Notes: a model not told the origin generated them from the letters alone. A stretch of 24,000 nt of DNA from Nitriliruptoraceae bacterium (GCA_050486225.1 JBJHCV010000001.1:386051-410050); one strand, 5' to 3'. Shown: positions 1 to 7,507, numbered from the stretch's first letter. A program made the numbers and translations.

Positions 1-627
1 CGCCACCAGCACGGACGGGTCGCGGGCGAGCTGCAGGCCACCGAGTACTGAGAGGGTGGCGAACCAGGTGATCATCACCGGGCCGAACAGGGCTCCGACC
101 CTGGCGGTTCCCAGATGCTGCACGGTGAACAGGCCGATCAGGATGCCGATCGCGATGGGGACGACCCACGCACCCAACCCCGGCGCGACGAGTTCGAGGC
201 CCTCGACCGCGGCGAGCACCGAGATGGCCGGGGTGATGATGCCGTCGCCGTAGAGCAGGGCGGTACCGAACAGCCCGAGCAGGATGAGCCACCGACGTGG
301 GCCACCACCCGGGGTCCCGGACGGGCCGTGCTCGGGCAGCAGCAGCGCGGTCAACGCCAGGATGCCGCCCTCGCCGTGGTTGTCGGCTCGCAGCACCACC
401 GCGAGGTACTTGAAGGTCACCACCAGCATCAGGGCCCAGAACACCATCGAGAGGATCCCGAGGATCCCGGCGGCGTCCGCAGCCCGCCCACCGGTGGCAT
501 GGATCGCTTCCCGGAACGCATACAGCGGGCTGGTGCCGATGTCGCCGTACACCACCCCGAGCGCGCCGAGAGACAGCAGCGCCAGGTGGCCGCGCTGCCT
601 GGGCGCCTCAGTGGTCAAGGCCGCCAC
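1..627 (-). CDS. kup: Kup/HAK/KT-type potassium uptake transporter, N-terminal part (gene continues past window start)
   Basis: Own minus-strand translation; the frame is absent from the ORF track because it runs off the edge. It reads ...GHLALLSLGALGVVYGDIGTSPLYAFREAIHATGG...ILGILSMVFWALMLVVTFKYLAVVLRADNHGEGGILAL..., which are hallmark Kup N-terminal motifs. No stop codon occurs between 627 and 1. No ATG is available, so the start is put at GTG 627 (TTG 618 is the alternative). Confidence 0.85.
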   Translation of the reverse strand, partial: MAALTTEAPRQRGHLALLSLGALGVVYGDIGTSPLYAFREAIHATGGRAADAAGILGILSMVFWALMLVVTFKYLAVVLRADNHGEGGILALTALLLPEHGPSGTPGGGPRRWLILLGLFGTALLYGDGIITPAISVLAAVEGLELVAPGLGAWVVPIAIGILIGLFTVQHLGTARVGALFGPVMITWFATLSVLGGLQLARDPSVLVA

Positions 628-653
628 CAGTCGTCCCGGCAGACCGGTGTACG

Positions 654-870
654 GTGGTGGGCGCCGCAGACACGAGTCCGGTCTCGGTCTCCGACACGGT
701 CCTGTGCGGCGCGTCCGTGGTGGTGGCCATCACGCTCCTGACGGTCGATCTGCTCGTCGTGCGTCGCGACCGCATGCGGTCACCATCCGAGAAGCCGGGA
801 TCTGGACCGGAGCATGGATGGACGTGTCGACCATCTTCGGGGCCCTGATCCCACGTGTCCAGCAGGATGA
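654..870 (+). pseudogene. Possible TerC-family membrane protein N-terminal remnant (frameshifted and truncated)
   Basis: Frame of ORF 654..848 gives VLCGASVVVAITLLTVDLLVVRRD. After a 1-nt shift near 768-772, the frame of ORF 284..1105 gives PHAVTIREAGIWTGAWMDVSTIFGALI. Joined, this resembles the TerC N-terminus pattern (TM helix, D, hydrophobic, basic, PH-x-V-S/T-x-K/R-EA-x-x-W-S/T-x-x-W). Similarity is lost after about 850 and no full-length ORF exists. Confidence 0.3.
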
Positions 871-955
871 GCCGGACGCCCGCGTCAGCGCCAGGGGCGA
901 CCGGCCCGAACCGGGCCGACCGGGGGACCGTCGTCACGGACGTCCCTGCCGGCGC

Positions 956-1513
956 TCAGAACATCCGGCGCAGCAGTCCGTCCCGGTCGATGAACTGGTG
1001 CTTCAGGACGAGTCCGACGTGCGTCACCAGTGCCGCGGCGAACGTGACGTGTGTGGCGATGTGGGCTCCGAGCAGGACGTCGTCGTCGACGATCTCGACG
1101 GGTGACTCCCAGTCCCACCGGCCGACACCCCAGTCCTCGCCCGAGAGCAGCACCAGTGCGACGCCGGTCAGCGGGATCAGGAACATGGCCGCGTACAGGA
1201 CCTGTTCGACCCGATGGGCGAGTCGCCGCTCGAACGCGGACAGTCCGGGAGCCCAGGGGGGCAGCCCGGCCAGTCGCCTCCACAGCAGTCGCACGGTCGC
1301 CAGCACCAGGATCACGGCCCCCAGCAGCACGTGGAGCAGGACGAGCACGTCCTCCTCACCGGCGAACCACCTGTCCACCGCCCACTCGAACAGGTCGTCG
1401 GCACGGTCGATGCCGTAGCCCAGGACAAACTGGGCACCGATGGCGACCACCATCGTCCAGTGCAGGGCGCGAGCGACGAGGTGGTACCGAACCCGCCCGT
1501 CGTGCGGCATCAC
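956..1513 (-). CDS. Cytochrome b561 family protein (CybB-like di-haem membrane cytochrome)
   Basis: 185-aa ORF with 4 hydrophobic helices and His in the expected helices (RALHWTMV, LLHVLLGAV, LAHRVEQVLY, ATHVTFAAALVTHV). The C-terminal KHxFIDRDGLLRRM tail is typical of this family. The start is GTG 1513 or ATG 1510. Confidence 0.75.
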   Translation of the reverse strand: MMPHDGRVRYHLVARALHWTMVVAIGAQFVLGYGIDRADDLFEWAVDRWFAGEEDVLVLLHVLLGAVILVLATVRLLWRRLAGLPPWAPGLSAFERRLAHRVEQVLYAAMFLIPLTGVALVLLSGEDWGVGRWDWESPVEIVDDDVLLGAHIATHVTFAAALVTHVGLVLKHQFIDRDGLLRRMF

Positions 1514-1564
1514 GCTGACCGTTCCCGAGGACGTCGCGCGAGGACCCGGGGGTCCGGGGTGACG

Positions 1565-1656
1565 TGGCGGAGGGAGAGGGATTCGAACCCTCGAGACCCT
1601 TGCGGGCCTACCCGCTTTCGAGGCGGGCGCACTAGGCCGGACTATGCGATCCCTCC
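1565..1656 (-). tRNA. tRNA-Ser (anticodon CGA), CCA encoded
   Basis: The reverse complement folds by hand into a cloverleaf. Acceptor stem GGAGGGA/TCCCTCC. Anticodon stem CCCGC/GCGGG with loop CU-CGA-AA. Long variable arm GGCCC-GCAA-GGGTC. T-arm GAGGG-TTCGAAT-CCCTC. Discriminator G followed by CCA. Confidence 0.93.
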
Positions 1657-1663
1657 AGCATGC

Positions 1664-1697
1664 GTGCCGGTCGCGAGTCGAGGTCGACGACCGGCAC
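1664..1697 (-). terminator. GC-rich hairpin between the DapA-like gene stop and tRNA-Ser (possible factor-independent terminator without U-tract)
   Basis: Perfect 10-bp arms gtgccggtcg (1664-1673) and cgaccggcac (1688-1697) with a 14-nt loop. It is intergenic, about 85 nt downstream of the stop at 1781. Confidence 0.3.
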
Positions 1698-1780
1698 GAG
1701 CGCGGGCAGGGTACGACCTGGTGCCGCGAGGCGGCAAACGTCCCCGCCGCGGACGCATCGTCCCGGTCGACAGGCCCGGA

Positions 1781-2806
1781 TCACTCCATGGGGTTGCGGC
1801 CGACGAAGAACTCGTGGTCGGGGTCGTCGGGGACGTCGAAGCCGCTCTGCTCGAGCCCTCGGCGCAGGATGGCCATCTGCCCGTCGTTGATCCGAGCGCT
1901 CGGCTGACGGATCGGCCCTCCGTTGAAGCCGTTCAGCCAGTACTGGTACTTCCACGACAGGCGGTGGACGTTGCGTGTGCCGGCGCTGGCCTCGGACGCG
2001 ACCTGTGAACTGGCCCGGCGGGCCGGGTGCAGCCGCCAGTAGAGGTCCATGGCCTCGTCGTAGTTGCCCTGCTGGAGCATGTCGAAGTACCGCGGGACCT
2101 CCCCGCCCATGTACTCGTAGTTCGACGTGCCCATGAACGGCATGCCGAAGGTCGTCACCCACGCGGGGGCGTTGCGCTCGAACGGGTCGCAGACCACGAC
2201 GCGGTCACGGAACCGGTGGAAGACCTCGGAGATGCCGGCCACGCCCGGCGCGCCGATCTCGTTCTTCACCGCGACGACGTTGGGGATCTCGTCGATCATC
2301 CTCCCGATGAGGCGCGGTGAGAAGCCCGAGGGGTGCAGGCGCGTGAAGTTCCAGTGCGCGATCGCGAACAGCATGATGCCGAGGCTGGTCGCGTCCGCGA
2401 CGGCCTTCGTGTACTCGAAGACCTCGGCCTCGGTGAGGGGGTAGAACGTCAACGGGTAGGCCATCAGCACGAGGTCCACGCCCGCGTGCTCGGCGTGGCG
2501 GACCATCTCGATGGTGTCCTCGAGCGTGGGGAAGGACGCGAGCAGCATGGTGCGCAGGCCCAGCGGAGCCGCCTCGTCGACGGCGACCTCGACGACCTGG
2601 CGCATCTCCTCGTGGGTGGTCCCGCACTCACTGACGAGCAGCGACCCCCAGAACCCCAGCTCGTGTTCCCGACGCACGTCGTGCCGGATCGCAGCCTCGT
2701 TGACCTCGCGGAGCGAGCTCGACAGGGTGGGCAGCAGGCACCCACACACGCCGCGCATGTGCTCCTTCGCCCAGTCGCGGGCCTCGGATCTCGTGTACTC
2801 GGCCAT
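1781..2806 (-). CDS. DapA/DHDPS-NAL family (class I aldolase-like) protein, divergent paralog 1
   Basis: The track ORF 1781..3277 was trimmed to ATG 2806, which is preceded by GAGGAGG. The 341-aa product carries the family Lys context NVVAVKNE and aligns along its whole length to the 5963..6976 product. Confidence 0.85.
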   Translation of the reverse strand: MAEYTRSEARDWAKEHMRGVCGCLLPTLSSSLREVNEAAIRHDVRREHELGFWGSLLVSECGTTHEEMRQVVEVAVDEAAPLGLRTMLLASFPTLEDTIEMVRHAEHAGVDLVLMAYPLTFYPLTEAEVFEYTKAVADATSLGIMLFAIAHWNFTRLHPSGFSPRLIGRMIDEIPNVVAVKNEIGAPGVAGISEVFHRFRDRVVVCDPFERNAPAWVTTFGMPFMGTSNYEYMGGEVPRYFDMLQQGNYDEAMDLYWRLHPARRASSQVASEASAGTRNVHRLSWKYQYWLNGFNGGPIRQPSARINDGQMAILRRGLEQSGFDVPDDPDHEFFVGRNPME

Positions 2807-2824
2807 GGGTGCCTCCTCGGGTCG

Positions 2825-2848
2825 GTCGCCCGGGGATTCCCGGGCGAC
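2825..2848 (-). other. Intercistronic hairpin (OCD-like gene to DapA-like gene)
   Basis: Perfect 10-bp stem gtcgcccggg / cccgggcgac with a 4-nt loop gatt, lying in the 95-bp gap between stop 2902 and start 2806. Confidence 0.3.
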
Positions 2849-2901
2849 GGGTTCGCATGTGGGTCGGGTTGCCGGTGCGCAGTGGTCGTCCAGGTCCGGT
2901 G

Positions 2902-3912
2902 TCAGGTGCCTCGACGACGGGTGCGCTTCACGGACAGGAACGTCGGCCATTCGGTGCCCGGCCCCTCGGCCCGGCCAGCGTCGTCGCAGACGACGGCGAG
3001 CGCGAGGTCCTGGATGGCGTTGCCGACCGACTTGAACACGATGCGACCGCCGCTCCAGGTGTCGGGGGTCGGCGCCGGGACGTCCTCGAGCGACCGCACG
3101 TCGTCTCGACGCACGGCCCCCTGTTCGACGGCGACGCGCACCTCGCCTGCCTCCTCGACGGCGTGGCGGATGTCCACGAGCACCTGCTCGGCCGTGGCCA
3201 GGCACGCCACGTCGAGTTCCGCCGACGTCGGTCGGGTGCTCCCGACCGCGAGCACCAGCGCGTGGTCGGTCAGCCACTCGGCCCGCACGTTGGGGTCGAG
3301 GTCCCGGGTGTTGGTGGCGGTGACCACCACGTCGGCGTCGGCGAGCGCCTCGGCCTCCGTGGCGGCGGGTGCGGCGTCGATGCCCAGTTCGCGGGTCATC
3401 TCCTCGGCGAATGCAGCACGGTTGTCAGCGGCCCGGCTGTACACGCGCAGCGCCGTGACGTCGCACACCGACGCGATGGCACGCACCTGCATCCTCGCCT
3501 GTCCACCCGATCCGATGACGCCGAGGCGCACGGGGCGACCCCCGTGCAGTTCACGGGCGACCAGTCCGCCCATCCCCCCGGTGCGCAGGTCGGTGATAAG
3601 TCGCCCGTCGACGAGTGCGACGAGCGCTCCGGACGCCAGGTCGAACACCTGGAGTCCGTAGCGGACGCTCGACGTCTCGGACGAGTGGCCGAAGGTCTTG
3701 ACGATGCCGCGGCCGAGCACGTCGTCGGTCGCGATCATCGTGCGCAGCCACCCGTGCTCGCCGTACTCGAGCGTGGTCCGCTCGGAACTGGTCGCAGCGC
3801 CGACCCGTGCGTGGTCGTAGACCTCGCCGAGCAGCTCGATGGTGCCCTCGACCGACATGTGCCGTGCGACGGCCGCGTCGTCGTGGACCCGGATCATGGG
3901 TTCTTCGGTCAC
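2902..3912 (-). CDS. Ornithine cyclodeaminase / mu-crystallin family NAD(P)-dependent enzyme
   Basis: 336-aa ORF with GTG start 3912, preceded by GGAGG at 5-nt spacing. It has the Rossmann motif LGVIGSGGQARMQV and the family-typical RTGGMGG(L)VA segment and SVGNAIQDLA near the C-terminus. Confidence 0.85.
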   Translation of the reverse strand: MTEEPMIRVHDDAAVARHMSVEGTIELLGEVYDHARVGAATSSERTTLEYGEHGWLRTMIATDDVLGRGIVKTFGHSSETSSVRYGLQVFDLASGALVALVDGRLITDLRTGGMGGLVARELHGGRPVRLGVIGSGGQARMQVRAIASVCDVTALRVYSRAADNRAAFAEEMTRELGIDAAPAATEAEALADADVVVTATNTRDLDPNVRAEWLTDHALVLAVGSTRPTSAELDVACLATAEQVLVDIRHAVEEAGEVRVAVEQGAVRRDDVRSLEDVPAPTPDTWSGGRIVFKSVGNAIQDLALAVVCDDAGRAEGPGTEWPTFLSVKRTRRRGT

Positions 3913-3933
3913 CTGGGCCTCCGTGGCGTGCGT

Positions 3934-3972
3934 GGTGGCGTCCCCGCGCCTGTCGTTCCCGGGGACGCCACC
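3934..3972 (-). terminator. 13-bp perfect-stem hairpin directly after the SBP gene (partial terminator or mRNA-stabilising element)
   Basis: Arms ggtggcgtccccg (3934-3946) and cggggacgccacc (3960-3972) with a 13-nt loop. It sits 18 nt downstream of the SBP stop (3990) and upstream of the OCD start (3912). There is no U-tract. Confidence 0.5.
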
Positions 3973-3989
3973 AGCGTCACCTCAGTCGA

Positions 3990-5093
3990 TCACAGATCGT
4001 CCGGATGGGGGTTCAGGGGCAGACCGAGGTTCTCCTGTGCCTGCCAGAGACAGTCGAGGTCGACGTGGTCCCTCCAGTCGAAGTCGGGGCTCACCTCACC
4101 CTCGGCACGTCGCGAGATGTTGAGCTGGGTGTCCCACGCCTCGACCGTCGCCCCGCCGTCGAGGGACCAGTTCTGGAGCACGCCGTCCCACGTGTTGACG
4201 AAGGCCTGGTCGGGGTCGTGCCCGTCGGCCACCAGCATGTCGAGGATCTCGTCGAGTGGCGTGTCACCATCGGCCCCGTACGCGGCCCACTGGTTCGCGG
4301 CGATCCGCGCCTCGACGAAGGCACACACGGTGTCGCGGTGGTCCTCGAGGAACGCACGCTCGACGACCCAGTACTCACTGGCGATCGGCACACGTTCGTA
4401 GAACAGTAGGTTGGCGTTGGCCTCCTCGAGCAGTTCGAGGTGGCGCTCCTGAGGCATCGTCACGTCGATCTGGCCAGCGAGGAAGGCCTGTGTGCGGTCG
4501 TCCGAGTTGCCCCCGATGGACACGCGCTCGACGAGCGTGGGATCGACGCCCAGTTCGTTCTCCATGATGTAGTCGGCGATCGGGTACCACGGCCCGCCGA
4601 TGGGGCCGACACTCATCGTCGCCCCCGCCAGGTCCTCCGGGGTTTCGATGTGCTCGGCGGCGGCCAGCATCCAGATCGACGCGTTGCGCCAGACCCCGAC
4701 GATGACCAGGTCCGCGACCTGCTGGTCCAGCGCGGGGAACACCGCTGCGGCCTCGTCCTGCACGAGCCACACGTCACCCGAGATCAGGGCCGGGATGGTC
4801 TGGTCGGACATGAAGGTCGCCGTGGCGGACGTGAACCCGTAGTCCTCGAGGAAGAGTTCCCGAGGTACGACCCATCCGGCCTGGTTGCTCAGGAACCCGC
4901 CGTTGATGGCGACATCGGCCGTGTCGACGGACAGCGGTGCGGGTTCCGCGTCCTCGGGGTCGGGATCGGCGGGCGCCTGATCCGGCGCTGGCGCTGGCGC
5001 GGCCTCGGGTTCGTCGTCTGTGCCACATGCGGCGAGCACGAGTGCGATCACGGCGACGAGTGCCGTCACACGGATGCGGTGGGATGGTCTCAT
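3990..5093 (-). CDS. Lipoprotein, NMT1/THI5-like (NitT/TauT-type) ABC-transporter substrate-binding protein
   Basis: The track ORF was trimmed to ATG 5093. The N-terminus MRPSHRIRVTALVAVIALVLAAC-G is a signal peptide with a lipobox, followed by a Pro/Ala/Asp-rich tether. The core pattern EDLAGATMSVGP...GVDPTLVERVSIG...QAFLAGQIDV resembles SsuA/TauA-type binding proteins. Confidence 0.75.
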   Translation of the reverse strand: MRPSHRIRVTALVAVIALVLAACGTDDEPEAAPAPAPDQAPADPDPEDAEPAPLSVDTADVAINGGFLSNQAGWVVPRELFLEDYGFTSATATFMSDQTIPALISGDVWLVQDEAAAVFPALDQQVADLVIVGVWRNASIWMLAAAEHIETPEDLAGATMSVGPIGGPWYPIADYIMENELGVDPTLVERVSIGGNSDDRTQAFLAGQIDVTMPQERHLELLEEANANLLFYERVPIASEYWVVERAFLEDHRDTVCAFVEARIAANQWAAYGADGDTPLDEILDMLVADGHDPDQAFVNTWDGVLQNWSLDGGATVEAWDTQLNISRRAEGEVSPDFDWRDHVDLDCLWQAQENLGLPLNPHPDDL

Positions 5094-5115
5094 GGAAAAC
5101 GCCCTCTCGAGTCGA

Positions 5116-5153
5116 GTGATATACAGTACACCGGGATATACACTTCGGGTCAA
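5116..5153 (-). promoter_or_regulatory. Putative promoter/operator of the SBP-OCD-DapA operon (candidate GntR site)
   Basis: This is the only AT-rich patch in the cluster. On the sense (minus) strand it reads TTGACC (5153-5148), then gtgTATATCccggtgTACTGTATATCac. The octamer TGTATATC occurs twice, 17 bp apart, bracketing a TANNNT-type -10 candidate (TACTGT, 5128-5123). The patch lies 40-60 nt upstream of ATG 5093. Confidence 0.4.
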
Positions 5154-5204
5154 GTCGATGACGAACGGGGTCTGGATGTCGTGCAGACGGCGCACCCGCC
5201 GGAG

Positions 5205-5894
5205 TCAGTCGGACTCGGCGGTTGCCTGCAGGTGTCTGCGAACGGCGTCGGCGGTGCTCCCGATGTGTTGGCGCAGGTGCATCTCCGCACCGGCCACGTC
5301 ACCGTCCCTCAGGCACGCCACGATGCGACGGTGTTCGTCCAGGGCGTCGCGATGACGGGCCTCCCGGACGTCTGCGACCAGGATGCCGTGAAGGCGATGC
5401 CGCAGCCCCTCGACGAGGTCCGCGGTGACCGTGTCGGGACCCACGAGACGTGCGTGGAACTCCCAGTCGTTGGTTCGCCAGTCGGACTGCCCCTCGGCCG
5501 CCTCGAGCCGATCGTTCAGCCGGTCGAGCGCTTCCAGGTCACGCTCGCCCATGGCCGGGGCGTGCCGTCGCAGCCCGATCACCTCCAGCTCCTCGCGGAG
5601 CACGAACATCTCCTCCACCTCGGCAGCACTCAGGCCACGCACGACGGCGGGCTGGAACGGGCGGGTCTCGACGAGACCATCAGCCTGCAGGTGGCGTATC
5701 GCCTCCCGCACCGGGATGATGCTGACGCCGAACTGCTCCGCGAGCGCCACCTGGTGGAGTTCGGTGTTCTCGGGCAGGTCGCCCTGGAGGATCGAGCGCC
5801 GCAGTTCCTCGTAGACGCGGGCCGAGAGGGTGAGACGTTCCACGGATCCGGTCCGGACCATGCCCTCACCTCCCCGCACCGTCGGCTCGTTCAT
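5205..5894 (-). CDS. GntR family transcriptional regulator (FadR/FCD-type C-terminal domain)
   Basis: The track ORF was trimmed to ATG 5894 (ATG 5861 is the alternative). It has a winged-HTH segment (VYEELRRSILQGDLPENTELHQVALAEQFGVSIIPVREAIRHLQADGLV) and an all-helical C-terminal domain with His/Asp residues (EFHARL, HRLH). Confidence 0.85.
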   Translation of the reverse strand: MNEPTVRGGEGMVRTGSVERLTLSARVYEELRRSILQGDLPENTELHQVALAEQFGVSIIPVREAIRHLQADGLVETRPFQPAVVRGLSAAEVEEMFVLREELEVIGLRRHAPAMGERDLEALDRLNDRLEAAEGQSDWRTNDWEFHARLVGPDTVTADLVEGLRHRLHGILVADVREARHRDALDEHRRIVACLRDGDVAGAEMHLRQHIGSTADAVRRHLQATAESD

Positions 5895-5962
5895 GCTAAC
5901 CCTCGCCGACACCCACCCACTCGACCAGACGCCGACGACCCCCGACCCGGAGCCGCACCACG

Positions 5963-6976
5963 ATGACCGACACCGACCGATCCGACGTCCGCGCCTGGGC
6001 ACGCCGTGAACTGCGTGGGGTGTGCAACGTGATCCTCCCGTCGTTCACGCGCGACCTCTCCGGGCTGAACGAGGCCGGAGTCCGTCACGACGTACGACGC
6101 AACGTGGAACTGGGGTTCCGCGGGACCCTGCTCGTGTCCGAGGTTGCGACCACCCCGGACGAGTACGTCCGCTTCGTCGAGGTCGCCGCCGACGAGAACC
6201 AGGGCCAGATGCTGCTCATCCACCACGCGAGCTTCGACACGCTCGAGCAGAACGTGCACATGGTGCAGGAGGCCGAACGGGCCGGCGCGAACCTCGTCCT
6301 GCTGAGCTACCCGCCGTCGATGTACCCGCGCGACGAACAGGACGTGTACGAGTACTCGCGCCGGATGTGCGACGCGACGAACCTCGGCGTGATCCTGTTC
6401 CCGGTCCCGCTGTGGGGATTCGAGCGGGTGCACCCCGCCTCGATCAGCGTCGACACGCTCGAGCGGCTCGTCGACGACTGCCCGAACGTCGTCGCGGTGA
6501 AGGCCGAGGGAGGCCTGCCCTCCATCGGTGGGTTCGCCCATGCGTGGGCCAGGCTGCACGAACGGGTGGTGGTCACCTTCCCCATCGAACAGCACGCGAT
6601 CGGACTCGCGGCGCTCACCGGCATGCAGGTCATCGCGACGTCGAACACGGAGTACTACGCCGACCGCGTCCCGACGATGATGCGACTGCTCGCCGAGGAC
6701 CGCGTCGACGACGCGATGGAGATCTTCTGGCGCATCAGTCCTGCCCGACGGGCCAACGAGGCGGCCGGCGCCATCGGCACGGCCAACGTGGTGCAGCGCA
6801 TGGTGTGGAAGTACCAGGCGTGGCTGACCGGATTCAACGGTGGGCCGCTGCGGATGCCCACCGCCCGCATCGTGGACGCGCAGATGCGCATGCTCCGACA
6901 GGGGCTGGTCGACTCGGGCATCCCGGTCACCGAAGATCCGGACGAGGCGTTCTTCGTCGGTCGCACCACCGCCTGA
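5963..6976 (+). CDS. DapA/DHDPS-NAL family (class I aldolase-like) protein, divergent paralog 2
   Basis: 337-aa ORF starting at ATG 5963, divergent from the GntR gene across a 68-bp gap. Its Lys context is NVVAVKAE. By eye it is roughly 40-50% identical to the 1781..2806 product over the full length. Confidence 0.85.
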   Translation: MTDTDRSDVRAWARRELRGVCNVILPSFTRDLSGLNEAGVRHDVRRNVELGFRGTLLVSEVATTPDEYVRFVEVAADENQGQMLLIHHASFDTLEQNVHMVQEAERAGANLVLLSYPPSMYPRDEQDVYEYSRRMCDATNLGVILFPVPLWGFERVHPASISVDTLERLVDDCPNVVAVKAEGGLPSIGGFAHAWARLHERVVVTFPIEQHAIGLAALTGMQVIATSNTEYYADRVPTMMRLLAEDRVDDAMEIFWRISPARRANEAAGAIGTANVVQRMVWKYQAWLTGFNGGPLRMPTARIVDAQMRMLRQGLVDSGIPVTEDPDEAFFVGRTTA

Positions 6977-7024
6977 TCTGTCCGACTCCGCCGTCACGGG
7001 TGGACGTCGGCACCGCGGTCGTGG

Positions 7025-7507
<483 letters not shown>

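Noticed and set aside
608-937. 109-aa minus-strand ORF between the cytochrome b561 gene and kup
   Set aside because: It has no Shine-Dalgarno sequence and an Arg/Ser/Thr/Pro-rich low-complexity product. It overlaps the kup start region. Its apparent coding bias is better explained as the antisense shadow of the TerC-like remnant on the plus strand.
628-955. Possible c-di-AMP (ydaO/kimA-type) riboswitch in the long leader of the K+ transporter gene kup
   Set aside because: I read the minus-strand leader for the conserved ydaO elements (GGGGAxCC, GGGGUGAAUC, CCCGAAUCCGACAGCU-like). None is present, only generic GC-rich hairpins.
2807-3277. 5' extension of the DapA-like ORF (track start 3277) and similar extensions of other track ORFs (5195, 6002, 8020, 11965, 18070, 18680, 21392)
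   Set aside because: The extensions overlap upstream genes or are Arg/Pro-rich junk. Internal ATG/GTG codons with good Shine-Dalgarno sequences coincide with the start of family similarity or with signal peptides and lipoboxes.
2333-4401. Long plus-strand ORFs (442 and 530 aa) overlapping the OCD-like and DapA-like genes
   Set aside because: They are antisense to genes with clear family motifs. Their products are Arg/Gly/Pro/Ala-rich with no motifs. These are typical high-GC shadow ORFs. The same applies to 4440..5966(+), 5891..6997(-), 8719..10005(-), 12254..13744(-), 16371..17570(-), 16685..17935(+), 18201..19700(+) and 20712..21707(-).
1565-6976. tRNA-Ser-linked integrative genomic island
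   Set aside because: No integrase, excisionase or transposase gene was found. I also found no repeat of the tRNA 3' end that could serve as an att site. Accessory status remains only an inference from gene content and position.
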